This document shows positions 13,216 to 29,935 of a stretch of DNA of 64,000 bases, piece after piece. The stretch's first letter is position 1. Each line of letters opens with the position of its first letter. Below the pieces are notes generated by a model that had not been told where the DNA came from, made no database searches, and worked only from the letters and a program-made list of their open reading frames with translations. This DNA comes from the human T2T-CHM13v2.0 reference genome, Homo sapiens. The position numbers and the translations under genes were made by a program. The stretch lies in NCBI RefSeq assembly GCF_009914755.1, contig NC_060946.1; one strand, written 5' to 3'.

Positions 13216-14356
13216 CGGTTTTCTTTTTCTGCTCTCCTAATTTGCGCTCCTTCCTGGAATGGTTGTCTCAGTGTTGCCTTGCCTTGCCCAGCAGCATCTT
13301 GTATTTAGCACTTGAAATTTACAGAACTTGGTCATACATGCCCATCTGTTACAGCAGTGTTCTGGATCTCCATGCCAGGCCCATCCACGGAGTTGCTGTG
13401 TTTGGTCCCCCTAGACACCCTTGAGGGGGTAGAAAGTGTGATTTCAGGTTTTGTGGATGAGCAGGCTATCACTTGGTAAAAGTATGTGGCAGTGCCGTGG
13501 AGAGAAACAGGGAGAAGCCTGCTCTCCTGGCTCTGAGCTCACTTCTCTTCCCTCTGCCCTTGGTCTTTGTGTCACCTCTCTCCCTGGATGGACGTGAGTA
13601 TGTTTCAATCTATACTGTAAGATTTTTGCTTTCAAAATAAATGTAGAAAAAGGGTGAGAATTGCAATCGTGTATGCAAGTGTGCCCCCTCCCCTCCCCGG
13701 AGAGCTAAGACAGGTGAGAATGGCTGGCATGGAACAGCTCCATGCCCCCCGCTCCCTTACCTGTAAGACACTGCTGGTGGTAGGATCCACTTCATGAGAC
13801 CATTGTGAGGAGTAAACCAAATGGAATAGTGAATGTAACGCGCTTAGCACAGTTGTGGCACGCAGTGCCGTGTCACAGGCCAGAGCTGTGGCGTGTAGTT
13901 GCTATCAGTGTGATTCTTACCATCGAGGTTTAGGGAACCTACCACCCCATATACAATCCTTTTGTTGCACCCTTTTTTGCTGATCATCCAGTGTCTGCTG
14001 CACTACCTGTGGTGACAGTGAACCCATTACTCACAAGGCAGCCTCTTCCATTATTAATTGGTTCTAGTTAAGAAGGCTTTCCTTACATTCATCTAAGGTC
14101 TATCACATGGTAGGAATGCTCCCACGGAGACTGGTTTTCTCCTCAGGAGCTGCTGTAGTATGATAGAGAGTATTGGGGTGGAAAGGCTCACAGAAGGACG
14201 TGGACCGATTCCATCAGTTTACAGAGCTCTCAGCTACAGTGTCCTCAACTGTGCAGAGCTTCTCTCTTTGCCCTCTCTAAACACCCTGTATATATACGAA
14301 CAAGAGAGCGCTACTTTACGTGGCTTGGGGCTTGTTGTCATTGAGTGGGTAAGTGA

Positions 14357-14686
<330 letters not shown>

Positions 14687-16127
14687 TGATAAAGAAAAAT
14701 TGAAGTTTCATTTCTAGTAGGTTGGTGAAATAGCTACCTTCCCATGGAAAAGAAATAAAACTGCTAGAAAATAGCATTTATAATAGCACAGGGAAGGGGT
14801 AAATGGAAGTAAACTCTTGTAAGGTTCTTATATTTAAGTGGTGCAAAGTAACTGAAGATAAATTCAGATGAGGTAAGGATGTATTCTATAAACCCTAGAG
14901 CGACCACTAGCAAAATAAAACATAGGTATAAAATCCTAGTAGAGAAGATAAAATGGAGTACTGCAAGATATTTGATTGATCCGAAAGAGTCTGGACATGT
15001 AGGAAAAAAGAGGAGTACAGAAGAGAACATCAAAAGCAACAGCAATATAGTAGACTTACACTTAATCATATTAACAGTTATGTTAGATATAAATGGATTA
15101 AATACTTCAATTAAAAGATAGATTGTAAGAGTGAATAGACAAGCAAGATCCAACTATGTGCTGTTTGCAGATGAAGCACTTTACGTGTAATAACATGGAT
15201 AGAAAAAATGATTTAAAAAAGGTGTATCAATGCAAATACTAGTCAGTAGAAGGCTGGCTACATTAATATCAAATTAGGGAGACTGCAAGACATACTTTGG
15301 CATACTACCACAGCTAAAGAAGGACTTTTTTCTTTTTTAATGATAAAAGATCTGTTAACCAAAAACGTATAAACTACCCTAAATGTGTTAACAGGACTTC
15401 TAATTACATGAAGCACAAATGGACAGACTTGAAGGGAGTAGATAAACTAGTTATAACCAGAGATTTTTACTTTTGTTTCTCAGTCATTGATGGCATGAAG
15501 AGACCAAAAATCAGTAAAAGTATATTTGATTTAAATAAAATTATGAAGTAGCTTGCTTGATCTCATTGACATTTATAGAATACTACATTCAACAATGGCA
15601 GATACCCAACAACATTCTTTGCAAGTACTCAGTAACGAATCACCATGATTTCCTGGGCCGTAAGACAAGGATCAAAGTTATATGGAGTATGTTATCTAAC
15701 TCTAATAGAATTAAGTTAGAAATTAATCAGAAAGATAAAAATCTCAAAAATTTTGAAACTTAAGCAGCATGCTTTTAAATAATCCGCGATTCAAAGAAGT
15801 CAAAGGGAAAAGAGATTTTTTTTTAACCGAATGGATTATAAAAATGTAACCTTTGAATTTGTGGGTTATAGCTAAAGCAGTGCTTGGGGAGCTAACCATA
15901 TACCTGTAAAAATATATATATATATATATGAATGAAAAGAAGAAGGACTTAAAATCAGGAATTTTAGTTTTTACCTTCAGAAGCCAGTAAAAGAAGAGGA
16001 AATTAAACCCAAAGGAAGTAGAGGGAAGGAAATGAAAATGAAAAGAACAGAAATCAGTGAAATAGAAAATGGGCAAGCAATGGAGGAGATCAACAAAATC
16101 AAAAAATCAGTAACATTGAAACATCTT

Positions 16128-16475
<348 letters not shown>

Positions 16476-17094
16476 TTACCCTTCCAAAATCTACCCATGT
16501 GACTGACCACGTTAACAGAATAAAGGGGAAAACCATATGACCATGTCAATAGATGCAGAAATAGCATTTGACAAAATTCAGCACCCGCCGTGGTAGAAAC
16601 GCTCCATAAACTAGGAGTAGAAGGGCACTTCCGTGTTGAAAGACACTCATAGAGTCTCACATCTTACCTCATAATTAGTGGTGAAGTTATCAAATGCTTT
16701 TCCCCCTAAGGTGAGAACCAGGCAAGAATTCTGCTCTCACTACTTCTATTCAGTATTGCTCTGGGGAGTTTAGCCGGGGCCTCCAGTCACGAAAGTGAAA
16801 TAAAAGACATGAGGATTGACAAGGAAAAAGCTCAATTGTCCTTTGGATTATATAGATAGAAAAAATTTAAGAATCTACCAGAAAAAGTGGATGCAGGATA
16901 CAAGGTTAATACAGAAAAATCAAATGTATTTCTGTATATTAGCAATAAACAATTAGAAAATAAAATTTAGAAGTTGATATCATTTTATAACAACATTAAA
17001 AATCCTAAAAATACTTAGGGATAAATTTAAAACTACTCAAGATCTTTACACTAAAAACTGCAAGACAGTGCTGAGAGAAATAGAAAAAGATCTA

Positions 17095-17536
<442 letters not shown>

Positions 17537-18634
17537 TCAATTTATTCTAAAATTTATGTGGAAATGCAAAGGATTCAAGTTAATAAAATTTACAGAGTTT
17601 TTTAAAAGAACAACTAAGTTTGAGAACTTCTTGATTTTAGGACTTCCTACAGAGCGGCAGTTATCAGGACAGCGTGGCATTGACATAAGGATAGATAATA
17701 GAATAATAGAATCGAGTAGAGATCTGAATAGTCAAAGGACAGACAGGGAGGGTATATTTATAATACATACATCTGACAAAGTACCCATATCCAGGATATA
17801 TAAAAACTCCTATAGCTAACATTACAAATAGCCCACTTTAAAAGTGGACAGAAGGTTCAGATAGACACTGCACAGCAGAAGATATTCTGATGGCCAACAA
17901 ACACTTGAAAAAGTACTCAACCTTATTAGTCATCAAGGAAATTCAAATTAAAACCACAAACAAGGTACTACTACACGCCCTCCTTAATGGCTAAAAATGA
18001 AAGAACTGACAACACTAAGTGCTGACAAGTATGTGGCTCAGCCAGAAGCCCCAGGCACAGCTGATGGGAATGTTAAGTGGTACCACCACTTTGGAAAACT
18101 GGCACTTTCTTATAAAACTAAACAAACTCCATTCCTAGGTATGTGCATGAGAACTGAACATTTATGTCCACAAAAAAGTACTTGTACCAGAATGTTCATA
18201 GCAGCTTTATTCATACCAGCCAAAACCTGGAAACAATGCAAATATATGTCAGCAAGGGAATGGATTAACAAATTCATACCGAGCAGTGCTCTTCAATGAC
18301 AACGTGGATGAATCTCAGAAACATTTTAACCAGCAAGAGAAAACTGCAAGAGAAAACATACCGCCTGATTTCACTTACGCTAAGTTCTAGAACTGACGAA
18401 AACTAATCAAGAGTAATAGAAATCAAAATGGTGGTTTCCTCTGGTTAGCCCTGGGTAGTGCGGGATTGCTGGCAGAAGGACATTTATATATCTTGATAGG
18501 GATGTGGATTCCACTGGTATATTCAATTAGCAAGACTCAGCAAATAGTTTGCTTAGATCTCTGTGTTTTAAATTATACATCCGAAAAAAACTATTAAAAT
18601 CATGTAAAATGTTGAAATCTAGAAATACTTAGAA

Positions 18635-18635
<1 letters not shown>

Positions 18636-18669
<34 letters not shown>
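18636..18669. repeat. (CA)n microsatellite
   Basis: About 17 AC units. Confidence 0.97.
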
Positions 18670-18672
<3 letters not shown>

Positions 18673-19407
18673 TCAAAACATGAACCCAAAGTAAGTGGCA
18701 TCCTCGTCCTGTTTTCCAAATCTGGTTAACCTGAGCTTCCGTGGGCGAGACCATCTCAAGTACTTGGGACAAAAGGAAATGGTCACGGTTCTCCCCAGGT
18801 AGTGAGGCTGAGGGGAGAACCCTCTAAATAAAGCCGTCAGCTCAGAGGGCGCCGTCCTCAGTGAGGCTGCGTTGGGAGCAACTCCTGCCCAGCCCCAGGG
18901 GAGGCTCCTTACCCTTGTGCTGAGCTCTGTGAATCTGTCTGTGAGTGAGGCTTTGGCAGACCGTTTGCTTAAGGGTGAAAGATAAATTGTCATCTTAGGG
19001 AGGTAGGGTAGTAAGAACCATCCCACACACTGGTGGGAAGATATTCAAATGGCCATCAAACACTTGAAGAAGTACTCAACATTACTCATCAAGGGTATAT
19101 TAAAACCACAGTGAGATACTACTGCACGCCCACCAGAATGGCTGACAACGAAAGGATTGACAACTCTAAATGCTAGCAAATGTGTAGCGCAGCCAGAAGC
19201 CCCAGGCATGCGGAAATGCAAAGGATTCAAGTTAATAAAATTTACAAAATTTTGTGAATTTTGTAAGAGGCAAAATAGGAGTGATAGTATTTGGATTTAC
19301 CAGTGTACACTGTGAAAATCAACTGCAAAAAAGAATTTGGCTTCACCGGGGAGAGTTGATGAGGTGCATTCTCTACGATCCAGGTATTCCACACTTAAGT
19401 CATACGC

Positions 19408-19590
19408 AGTCAGGCTGCCCTGTCTAGTATGGTGGCCATTAGCCACATGCAGTTGTTTAAATGAATAGATTGAAACATGACATTTCTCAGTCACACTCGT
19501 CACAGTTGAGGTACTGCAGACCCATCTGTGGCCGGCGGCTACAGTATTGGGCAGCACAGATGTAGACATTCCCATCATTGCAGAATTCTT
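19408..19590. mobile_element. MER3/MER33-like hAT-Charlie DNA transposon fossil
   Basis: tatggtggccattagccacatg ... tattgggcagcacagatgtagacattcccatcattgcagaa. Confidence 0.7.
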
Positions 19591-19609
19591 CCCGAGGTGC
19601 CACTTGAGA

Positions 19610-19835
19610 GCACTGATTCTCCAGGGGTGACGACTGGACCGGCAGCTTCCGCATCAGCAGGATGTTGCTGGGTGCATCAACAGGTTGCTGCATTTCTGTT
19701 AGAAATGCAGATTCATGAGTCTCATTCCTGAGTGATCTGCGGGGTCAGAGATGCAGGAGGCGGGGCCCAGCAGGCTGTGCTTAACGAGCCCTCCAGGTGG
19801 TTCTGGAGCACGCAGCAGTTGAGAGCCACTGCTCT
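19610..19835. mobile_element. MER5A-like DNA transposon fossil
   Basis: tgttagaaatgcagattc ... ggggcccagcaggctgtgcttaacgagccctccaggtggttctg ... ttgagagccactgctcta. Confidence 0.75.
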
Positions 19836-20284
19836 AGGGGGACTCTTGAAAATGTGCACGCGGATTCCTGCAGTCCTGATTTTTAATAGCAAGAAAGGAG
19901 CAGAACCTAAGTATTCAGCAACAGAATGGATAAACTGTGGAGTATTGTTGGGGAAATGAAAATTAATAATAGTCTGCAGCTACACGAAGTAATGTGAATG
20001 TATGAAAAGTCCCTGATGAATACATAGTTTATGCTTATCTTTATCTAAAATTCAAAACCAGAAGAAAACAAGTATGGTACAAAGATAGAGAAAAGTGAGG
20101 AAATGATAAATGCACAATTAAGGACAGTGTTTACCTTGAAAGGATTAGAATCTCATGGAAATGGCTGGCTTCAGGGGAAGTTACCAATCCAGAGGTTCAT
20201 TTTCTCCTTAAACAATAGATGGTAACTCTAAGCGTTCTTGGACTATTGGCATTCTTTTACTTTCATATTAAAAAAATATTTTGA

Positions 20285-20570
20285 GGCCAGGCATGGTGGC
20301 TCACACCTGTAATCCCAGCACTTTGGGAGGCTAAGGCAGGCGGATCGCCTGAAGGTCAGGAGTTTGAGACCAGCCTGGCCAACATGATGAAACTCCGTCT
20401 CTACTGAAAATACAAAAATTAGCCGGATATGGTGGCGTGTGCCTGTAATTCCAGCAACACAGAGGCTGAGGCATGAGAATTGCTTGAACCCAGGAGGCGG
20501 AGGTTGCAGTGAGCTGAGATCATGCCACTGCACTTTAGCCTGGGTGATAGAGCAAGACTCTGTCTTATAA
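20285..20570 (+). mobile_element. Alu (AluSx/Sz-like)
   Basis: Full dimer with a degenerate AT-rich tail. Confidence 0.95.
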
Positions 20571-21469
20571 ATATATACATATATTGATATTAACTCAATA
20601 TTTAAACCATTTAAAACTATAAAAATATCAGTTTTTGGTTGATCATGAATTTTTTCCAGAAAGTAACATAGAGCACCAAAAATATTCCTTTATCTATGGA
20701 TTAGATAAATATTTTATCCATGCAGTCTTACAGTTGCCAATTTTTGCTTGAATTTTCCATCTTAGCATTTATTATTAGGCATGGAAGGATTAGAAGTAAA
20801 ATGCTGGGCAGAGCTCTCCCAATCAAACTTGAGCTATAGGCAAAATAGGAGTGATAGTATTCAGATTAAAAAATGACTAAGGAAAATTGCATTAAGTTAA
20901 TTACATAGAGCCATTTTATTGTGGTAAAACAATATTAAATATATATGTCAGAAGTCGTCAAGATAAGAAAACAGAAAGCCAAAATCTGATCGAAAGATTA
21001 CAGTTGCAATAGAGAACTTTAATTCTTTCTTATCAGTGTGTGAGTTATCAAGTAGAAAAAAAAGGGCCAAGGATTCAAATAATATAGTTTTATGGTCAAA
21101 TTAATATTTGTTCACCGGGAATCCAGAGATGGGAGAATAGCTAGACTTTTTAGAAGAAATCACACTACCATCTACATTCATGCACACAGATGCACTTGCT
21201 GTCCACCCATACGTACATGTGCACTGATGAATGTGCAGACCAGATTAAATTGTGATGTAAACAGTTAAGTTAAAACCATGTGCTTAGATTAAGCATTTGA
21301 AGCATGCCAGTGCCCACTAGAATCAAGAATTTAGTAGAATGTGTGAAATGTCAGTTGACTGTGGTGTCAGGACGTGTCCATTGGGCACTGTAGCCCAGCG
21401 CTCTTCTGGGAGCGCTGTGGCTCCCATGTGTACCATTTTCTACCGTAAATTAAAACTGTAGCCATGGCT

Positions 21470-21784
<315 letters not shown>

Positions 21785-21789
21785 TTAAT

Positions 21790-24770
<2,981 letters not shown>

Positions 24771-25419
24771 CACATCACACCACACGTAGACGTACACACA
24801 GTCCATGCACACAGACATGTGCGCACAAAGGCGGAAAGCCTGGCCTGGGTGAGCTCGTGTGGGAGGAGTGAGGCCGGCAGGGTGGGAGGTGTCACTCTAG
24901 TCACCAGAGTGGGAAGCTGGAGGTGACAAGGGGACAGTTTGACTGTCTTAAAGATCCTGTCTTGTTTCTTATTGTTGTGCAGAACCTGTATAATTTTCCT
25001 TGTTTTAGATCGTAAGAAATTCTTCTCACTGTTCCATTTTCTGTAAAATCTAAGAATTCCCTGGTTAATGGTTATTGGGTGAATGTGGATTCTTTTTGTT
25101 CAAATTGGTTCAATAAGACTTTTATTCACAAGTCTTATTCACAGCCCAACTTACAAGGGGACAGGTTGAAGTGTTTGCTCAAGGTTGGTGGTGGGAGGTC
25201 CTTGTAAATGCTCAGTCATCAGTGATAAGCAGAGGTCAGAACAGCCCAGTGTGAAGCCTCCGGGGATGTGAACAGTCCGGAACTTTGGCGTGGCATTCGC
25301 TCACCCTCTGGATGTCTGTATCATTTCCCCGGGCCCCGCCGTGCGCAGCGGTCCCGTGCTAGGTCTGTGGGGTCCCAGAGGGGTGGGGGGGCGGTCCTCA
25401 TCTCTAGAAGCTTATACCC

Positions 25420-25505
25420 CAGCAAAGTGGTTCTCCAGCTCCACCTCACCTGGGAATCATCTTGGGAGCCTGTGAAAGATGAAGATTCCGGGGCTTGCCA
25501 CCCAT
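25420..25505. mobile_element. MER5-like fragment
   Basis: agtggttctccagc ... gaatcatcttgggagcctgtgaaagatgaagattccgggg. Confidence 0.5.
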
Positions 25506-25957
25506 TCATGCTAGGAAAGGCCAGCATCCGCCAGCTCATGTCTCCACCCGGCACACACTGAGCTGGGCAGGAATGACAAGGATATAGGCACAGGAGACCC
25601 AGTCCCAGCCCAGGGAGCGCTCAGACAGACGGGGCGTCTTGGAGGTGCATAGACATTTCTGCCTGGATGCCACTCCAGGGTGGATGTGCTCGTCCCCTAC
25701 TGCCACTCTGCCCCGTGTTCCAGCAGCCGAGTAACTTCGGGAAATCCCAGTCAGTGCTGTCAGAAACGCAACATGCATGCCCTTTACTGTCCTGTTTAGA
25801 AAATGAGCACCTGTGTCCCCTCCAGGTGGATGCTGGGCCTGCAGAAGCTCTCCTGGGGGTGTCCGGTGGTGGGTCCTGGTAGCCACAGCCTCTGCTTCCT
25901 CAGCGTCCCCTTCGTTTGCTTGCTCCAGGTCTGGGTCGGTTGCAGTTGACAGTAGCG

Positions 25958-26911
25958 GGGAGGGGGTGGCTGCGTGTTGATAGAGACAGGCACTAGAAGT
26001 CATCTTTGGGGGAGTGGCCTCGCAGAGGGGGTGGCTGCTTGTTGATAGAGACGGGCACGAGAAATTGTCTTTGGTGGGGAGTGGCCTCGCGGAGGGGGTG
26101 GCTGCTTGTTGATAGAGACGGGCACGAGAAGTCGTCTTTGGGGGGAGTGGCCTCGCAGAGGGGTTGTTGATAGAGACAGGCAGGAGAAGTCGTCTTTGGG
26201 GGGGTGTGGCCTCACGGAGGGGGTGGCTGCGTGTTGATAGAGACAGGCACGAGAAGTTGTCTTTGGTGGGGAGTGGCCTCGCAGAGGGGGTGGCTGCTTG
26301 TTGATAGAGACAGGCATGAGAAGTCGTCTTTGGGGGGAGTGGCCTCGCAGAGGGGGTGGCTGCTTGTTGATAGAGACAGGCACGAGAAGTCATCTTTGGT
26401 GGGGAGTGGCCTCGGGGAGGGGGTGACTGCTTGTTGATAGAGACGGGCACGAGAAGTTGGTGGGGAGTGGCCTCGCGGAGGGGGTGGCTGCGTGTTGATA
26501 GAGACAGGCAGGAGAAGTCATCTTTGGTGGGGAGTGGCCTCGCAGAGGTTGTGGCTGCTTGTTGATAGAGACAGGCACGAGAAGTCGTCTTTGGGTGGCT
26601 GCGTGTTGATAGAGACAGGCACTAGAAGTCGTCTTTGGGGGGAGTGGCCTCGCAGAGGGGTTGTTGATAGAGACAGGCACGAGAAGTCGTCTTTGGTGGG
26701 GAGTGGCCTCGCGGAGGGGGTGGCTGCGTGTTGATAGAGACAGGCACGAGAAGTCGTCTTTGCTGGGGAGTGGCCTCGTGGAGGGGGTGGCTGCTTGTTG
26801 ATAGAGACAGGCAGGAGAAGTCGTCTTTGGGGGGGTGTGGCCTTGCGGAGGGGGTGGCTGCGTGTTGATAGAGACAGGCACGATAAGTCGTCTTTCGGGG
26901 AGTGGCCTCGC
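25958..26911. repeat. G-rich VNTR, about 65-67-bp unit, about 15 copies with length variants
   Basis: Unit ggagggggtggctgcgtgttgatagagacaggcacgagaagtcgtctttggtggggagtggcctcgc; 15 gatagagac anchors counted. Confidence 0.97.
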
Positions 26912-29015
26912 TGAGCTTCTTCTCAGGTCCTGTGCACCTGGCAGGCTGCTTCAGCCTTCACAAAGCAGTGCTCTTGAACTGAGGACCTCACAGGTCTGGG
27001 TCTCAGAGGTCCTGAGACCTTTAGAGTTTATCCAGCTGGACTCTTCCTTTTTCCAGCTGAGGAAACTGAGCTTCATTTGCACCTAAGCTGCCTGTCTGTT
27101 TTGAGGAATTTTCAGTTTAGTGTTCACAGTGAGACAGGTATTAACACACCGTAGGCTTCACCATTCTCTTAATCACCTGTTTTGGGTACAGAGCTCTGTG
27201 ATATGGTGATATGCACTCAGTGTCATCTCTAATTCTTACCATCATTTGTACTGGAAAGCGTGTACTCGTGTACTGGACATCATGATTGCCGTCTTACAGA
27301 TGAGCTGTTGGAAGCTGAGGCAGGGACTTCAGTTTGTCCTGCACCATACAGGGACCATATGGGGTGGGAGTTGTGGGCCAGGCCTGAGTTCAGTGCCCCT
27401 GCTCTTTCCACAAGAACAGAAGAGGGCACGCTGTGTACCTGTGTCTCAGCTGTGCACTGGAGGGATGTCGGAGCAGGGCGCCTTACCCTGGCCTCAGGAG
27501 TCCCTGTGGGGAAGCGAGTACCTAGAGGGATGCACTGTGCGTGGGTGTCCTGATAGATTGCAGGGGGAATACAGCCCCAGAGCACAGGACAGAGAGGTAT
27601 GGAGGGAGCCCGCAGCAGCCCAGAGTGTCTCAGTGAAGAGGGACAGGACTCACCATAAGGGATGGGGCCTTGGGTTGGTGGTGGCGGAAGAAGGCACTTC
27701 CCAGGCTGGGAGAGCAGGAATGAGTCCCAGGAGAGAGTGAACGAGGATGCCCAGGAGTGGAAACTGGAGTGGAGGGGCTTGGTGGGCACCTTGCATGCAT
27801 GCCCTGGGAGCAGACTGCAGGCTGCACACTGGTGTGCACAGGGGTGAGCCCGTGTGTATGTCTGTGTGGCTGATGCAGACCTGTGAGCCTCAGCCTGTGG
27901 ACATGCCCACCGGCGGGCCTCACAAGTCATTGCAGGGCTGGGGACAGAACGTGGGTCGCTCACTGAGAGCTGCCCCACACTTACTCCTTCTCTGACCCCT
28001 ATGCTCTTTTAGCTAAGTTCAGTCTACAGAGAGAGTTGAGGCTTTGACGTATTAACTGGTGTGATGTCATTTCTTGCTTCAAAGAAAAAATAATCAGGGC
28101 TCACAGTGGTTCTCTTCCCTTTGAATTTGCCAAGAACATCCTTGACAAAAATTAAGAAAACAGCGAAGTTCATCAGTTTGGACAGGATAGCAAAAGTACC
28201 TTTAGAGTGGTGCTCACAGACCACATGGTGTTACAGCATTTTCTAGAAATGCTGAGTCATCAGACATGGAATGTTGAGATTTGGGAAATGGGAGGAGGAG
28301 CATCGAGGGTGGCTGAGGTTAGCAGCAGAAAGTTAATCCTTCTTGCAACTTAGTGGCAGCTCTGGCCCCCACAGTCTACTTGAGCTTGTATAATTCATGA
28401 AGTTTTGACAGAGCAGCATTGAAAGGATGTCTTTGATTTCATCCATAAAGGAGATAGGCGTGTGCAGGCGGTGCGGTACTTGTGACGGGAGCTTGTGAAG
28501 TGAGCCGCCTCCCTGATGTGTCTTGGCGGCCAGCAGGCCCTGTGATCCTGCGCCGAGTCTCCTGTGGTCTCCTCTAAGCACCTGCTGGTGACCTTGGATC
28601 TCTCCTCAGGCCCTTGCTAAAATATGTAAATCAAGGTCATTTTTTTTGAGTTTGATTCTTAGCTAGTTTTTGCTGGTGTGCATTTTTCTGGTTTAAGGAT
28701 CCTTGCCTCCCTGCAGGGCCAGCAGCAGCAAAGGATGAGAGAGAGCAGGTTGGGGGAGGGGGCTGCCTTGTTCACTCTCCCAACTCTCAGCTGCCCATCG
28801 GAAAGGCTGGCTAGACCATTCCTCATCTGTGAGCCCTAGGAGTTCCCGGCTTCCCAGTGCATGTTGATTTTTCATTAATAAATTGAATATTTAAACCAGT
28901 CAATTGGTATATAAAAGGACCTAGGAACACAGCCCTGGGAAACGCCTTTCAAATTTGAACATGAAAACGATCTGTCATCACTGAGCACATCATTGATGAC
29001 AGATGCAGTCATCAC

Positions 29016-29935
29016 TGTAATGGTTAATTTATACGTCAACTTGGCGGAATCACCATTGCCAGATATTTGGTCAAACATTATTCTGGATGTCTCTCCGAAG
29101 GTGTTTTTTGGTTGAGGTTGTTACAGAAACACCAGGGGTTCTGTCTGGGTCCTGCTGCTCACTGCACAGAAAGCCAATCCCCAAGACAACAATTATTCCC
29201 AAGGAAGAAGGCTTTAATTGGGTGCTGCAGCCCAGGAGGTGGGAACTCAGTCTTAAATGCATCTCCCTGACTGACTAAAACATAGCAGGGACGAAAAGTA
29301 ATGATGTATGGGAAAACAGGGAGGGGTAAGGAAGCAGTCAAGATGAATGAGGGGCTTGGCATCTAGCTGTCTGGATGCTATAAGCTGGTAGTTTCAGTTC
29401 TTTGATACTTTTTGAGAGGCTGGTATCTCATTGTCCGGATCTGGTGAGTTTCAGTCCTTTGATACTTTTTGAGAAGCTGGCAAGTCCTTTCCTGAGGAAG
29501 GAACTCAGATAAAACAAATGTTAAGTTTTAAGCTTTAAGATCAGAAGGGTCAGTTTCTAAGTTTGTCAAAAAAATGGTCTGTGGGACGATTGGGTGGGTT
29601 TCAAGGCTAACATTTAAGTCAGGGGACTTTGCATAAAGCGAAGGGTGACCCTCCATAATGTGCGTGGGTCTCATCCCATCCGTTGAAGGCCTTCATAGAC
29701 AGAGACTGGCCTCTCCCAAGCAAGAAGGAATGCTGCCTGCTTTTGGGTGGACTTAAACTGCAGCTCTTCCCTGAGTCTCTAGCCTGCCTCCTACCCCACC
29801 AGATTTTGTTCTCATCAAGCCTCTACAATGGCATGAGCCAAGTCCCTAAGATAAATGCCCTCTGTCTATTTATATACATGTATATGTACATACGTCCTGT
29901 CGGTTCTGTTTCTCTGGAGAACCATGACTGATACA
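29016..29935 (+). mobile_element. MLT2 (ERVL) solo LTR split by a nested LTR
   Basis: Starts tgtaatggttaattt ... tggtcaaacattattctggatgt, resumes taacatttaagtcag at 29608, and ends ggttctgtttctctggagaaccatgactgataca. Confidence 0.85.
29119..29603 (-). mobile_element. ERV1 (MER4-group) solo LTR nested in MLT2
   Basis: TG...CA termini, 4-bp TSD aggt/aggc, and tgttacagaaacaccaggggttctgtctgggtcctgctgctcactgcacagaaagccaatc. Confidence 0.75.

Larger units (their letters stand above)
19037..20280 (+). mobile_element. L1ME-like 3' region interrupted by DNA transposon fossils and a mosaic insertion
   Basis: gaagatattcaaatggccatcaaacac ... aaaaccacagtgagatac, with gaatggataaactgtgg resuming after 19836. 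Confidence 0.65.

Noticed and set aside
25536-26881. 304-aa and 163-aa minus-strand repetitive ORFs
   Set aside because: They read through the stop-poor strand of the 67-bp VNTR and show no domain or splice support.
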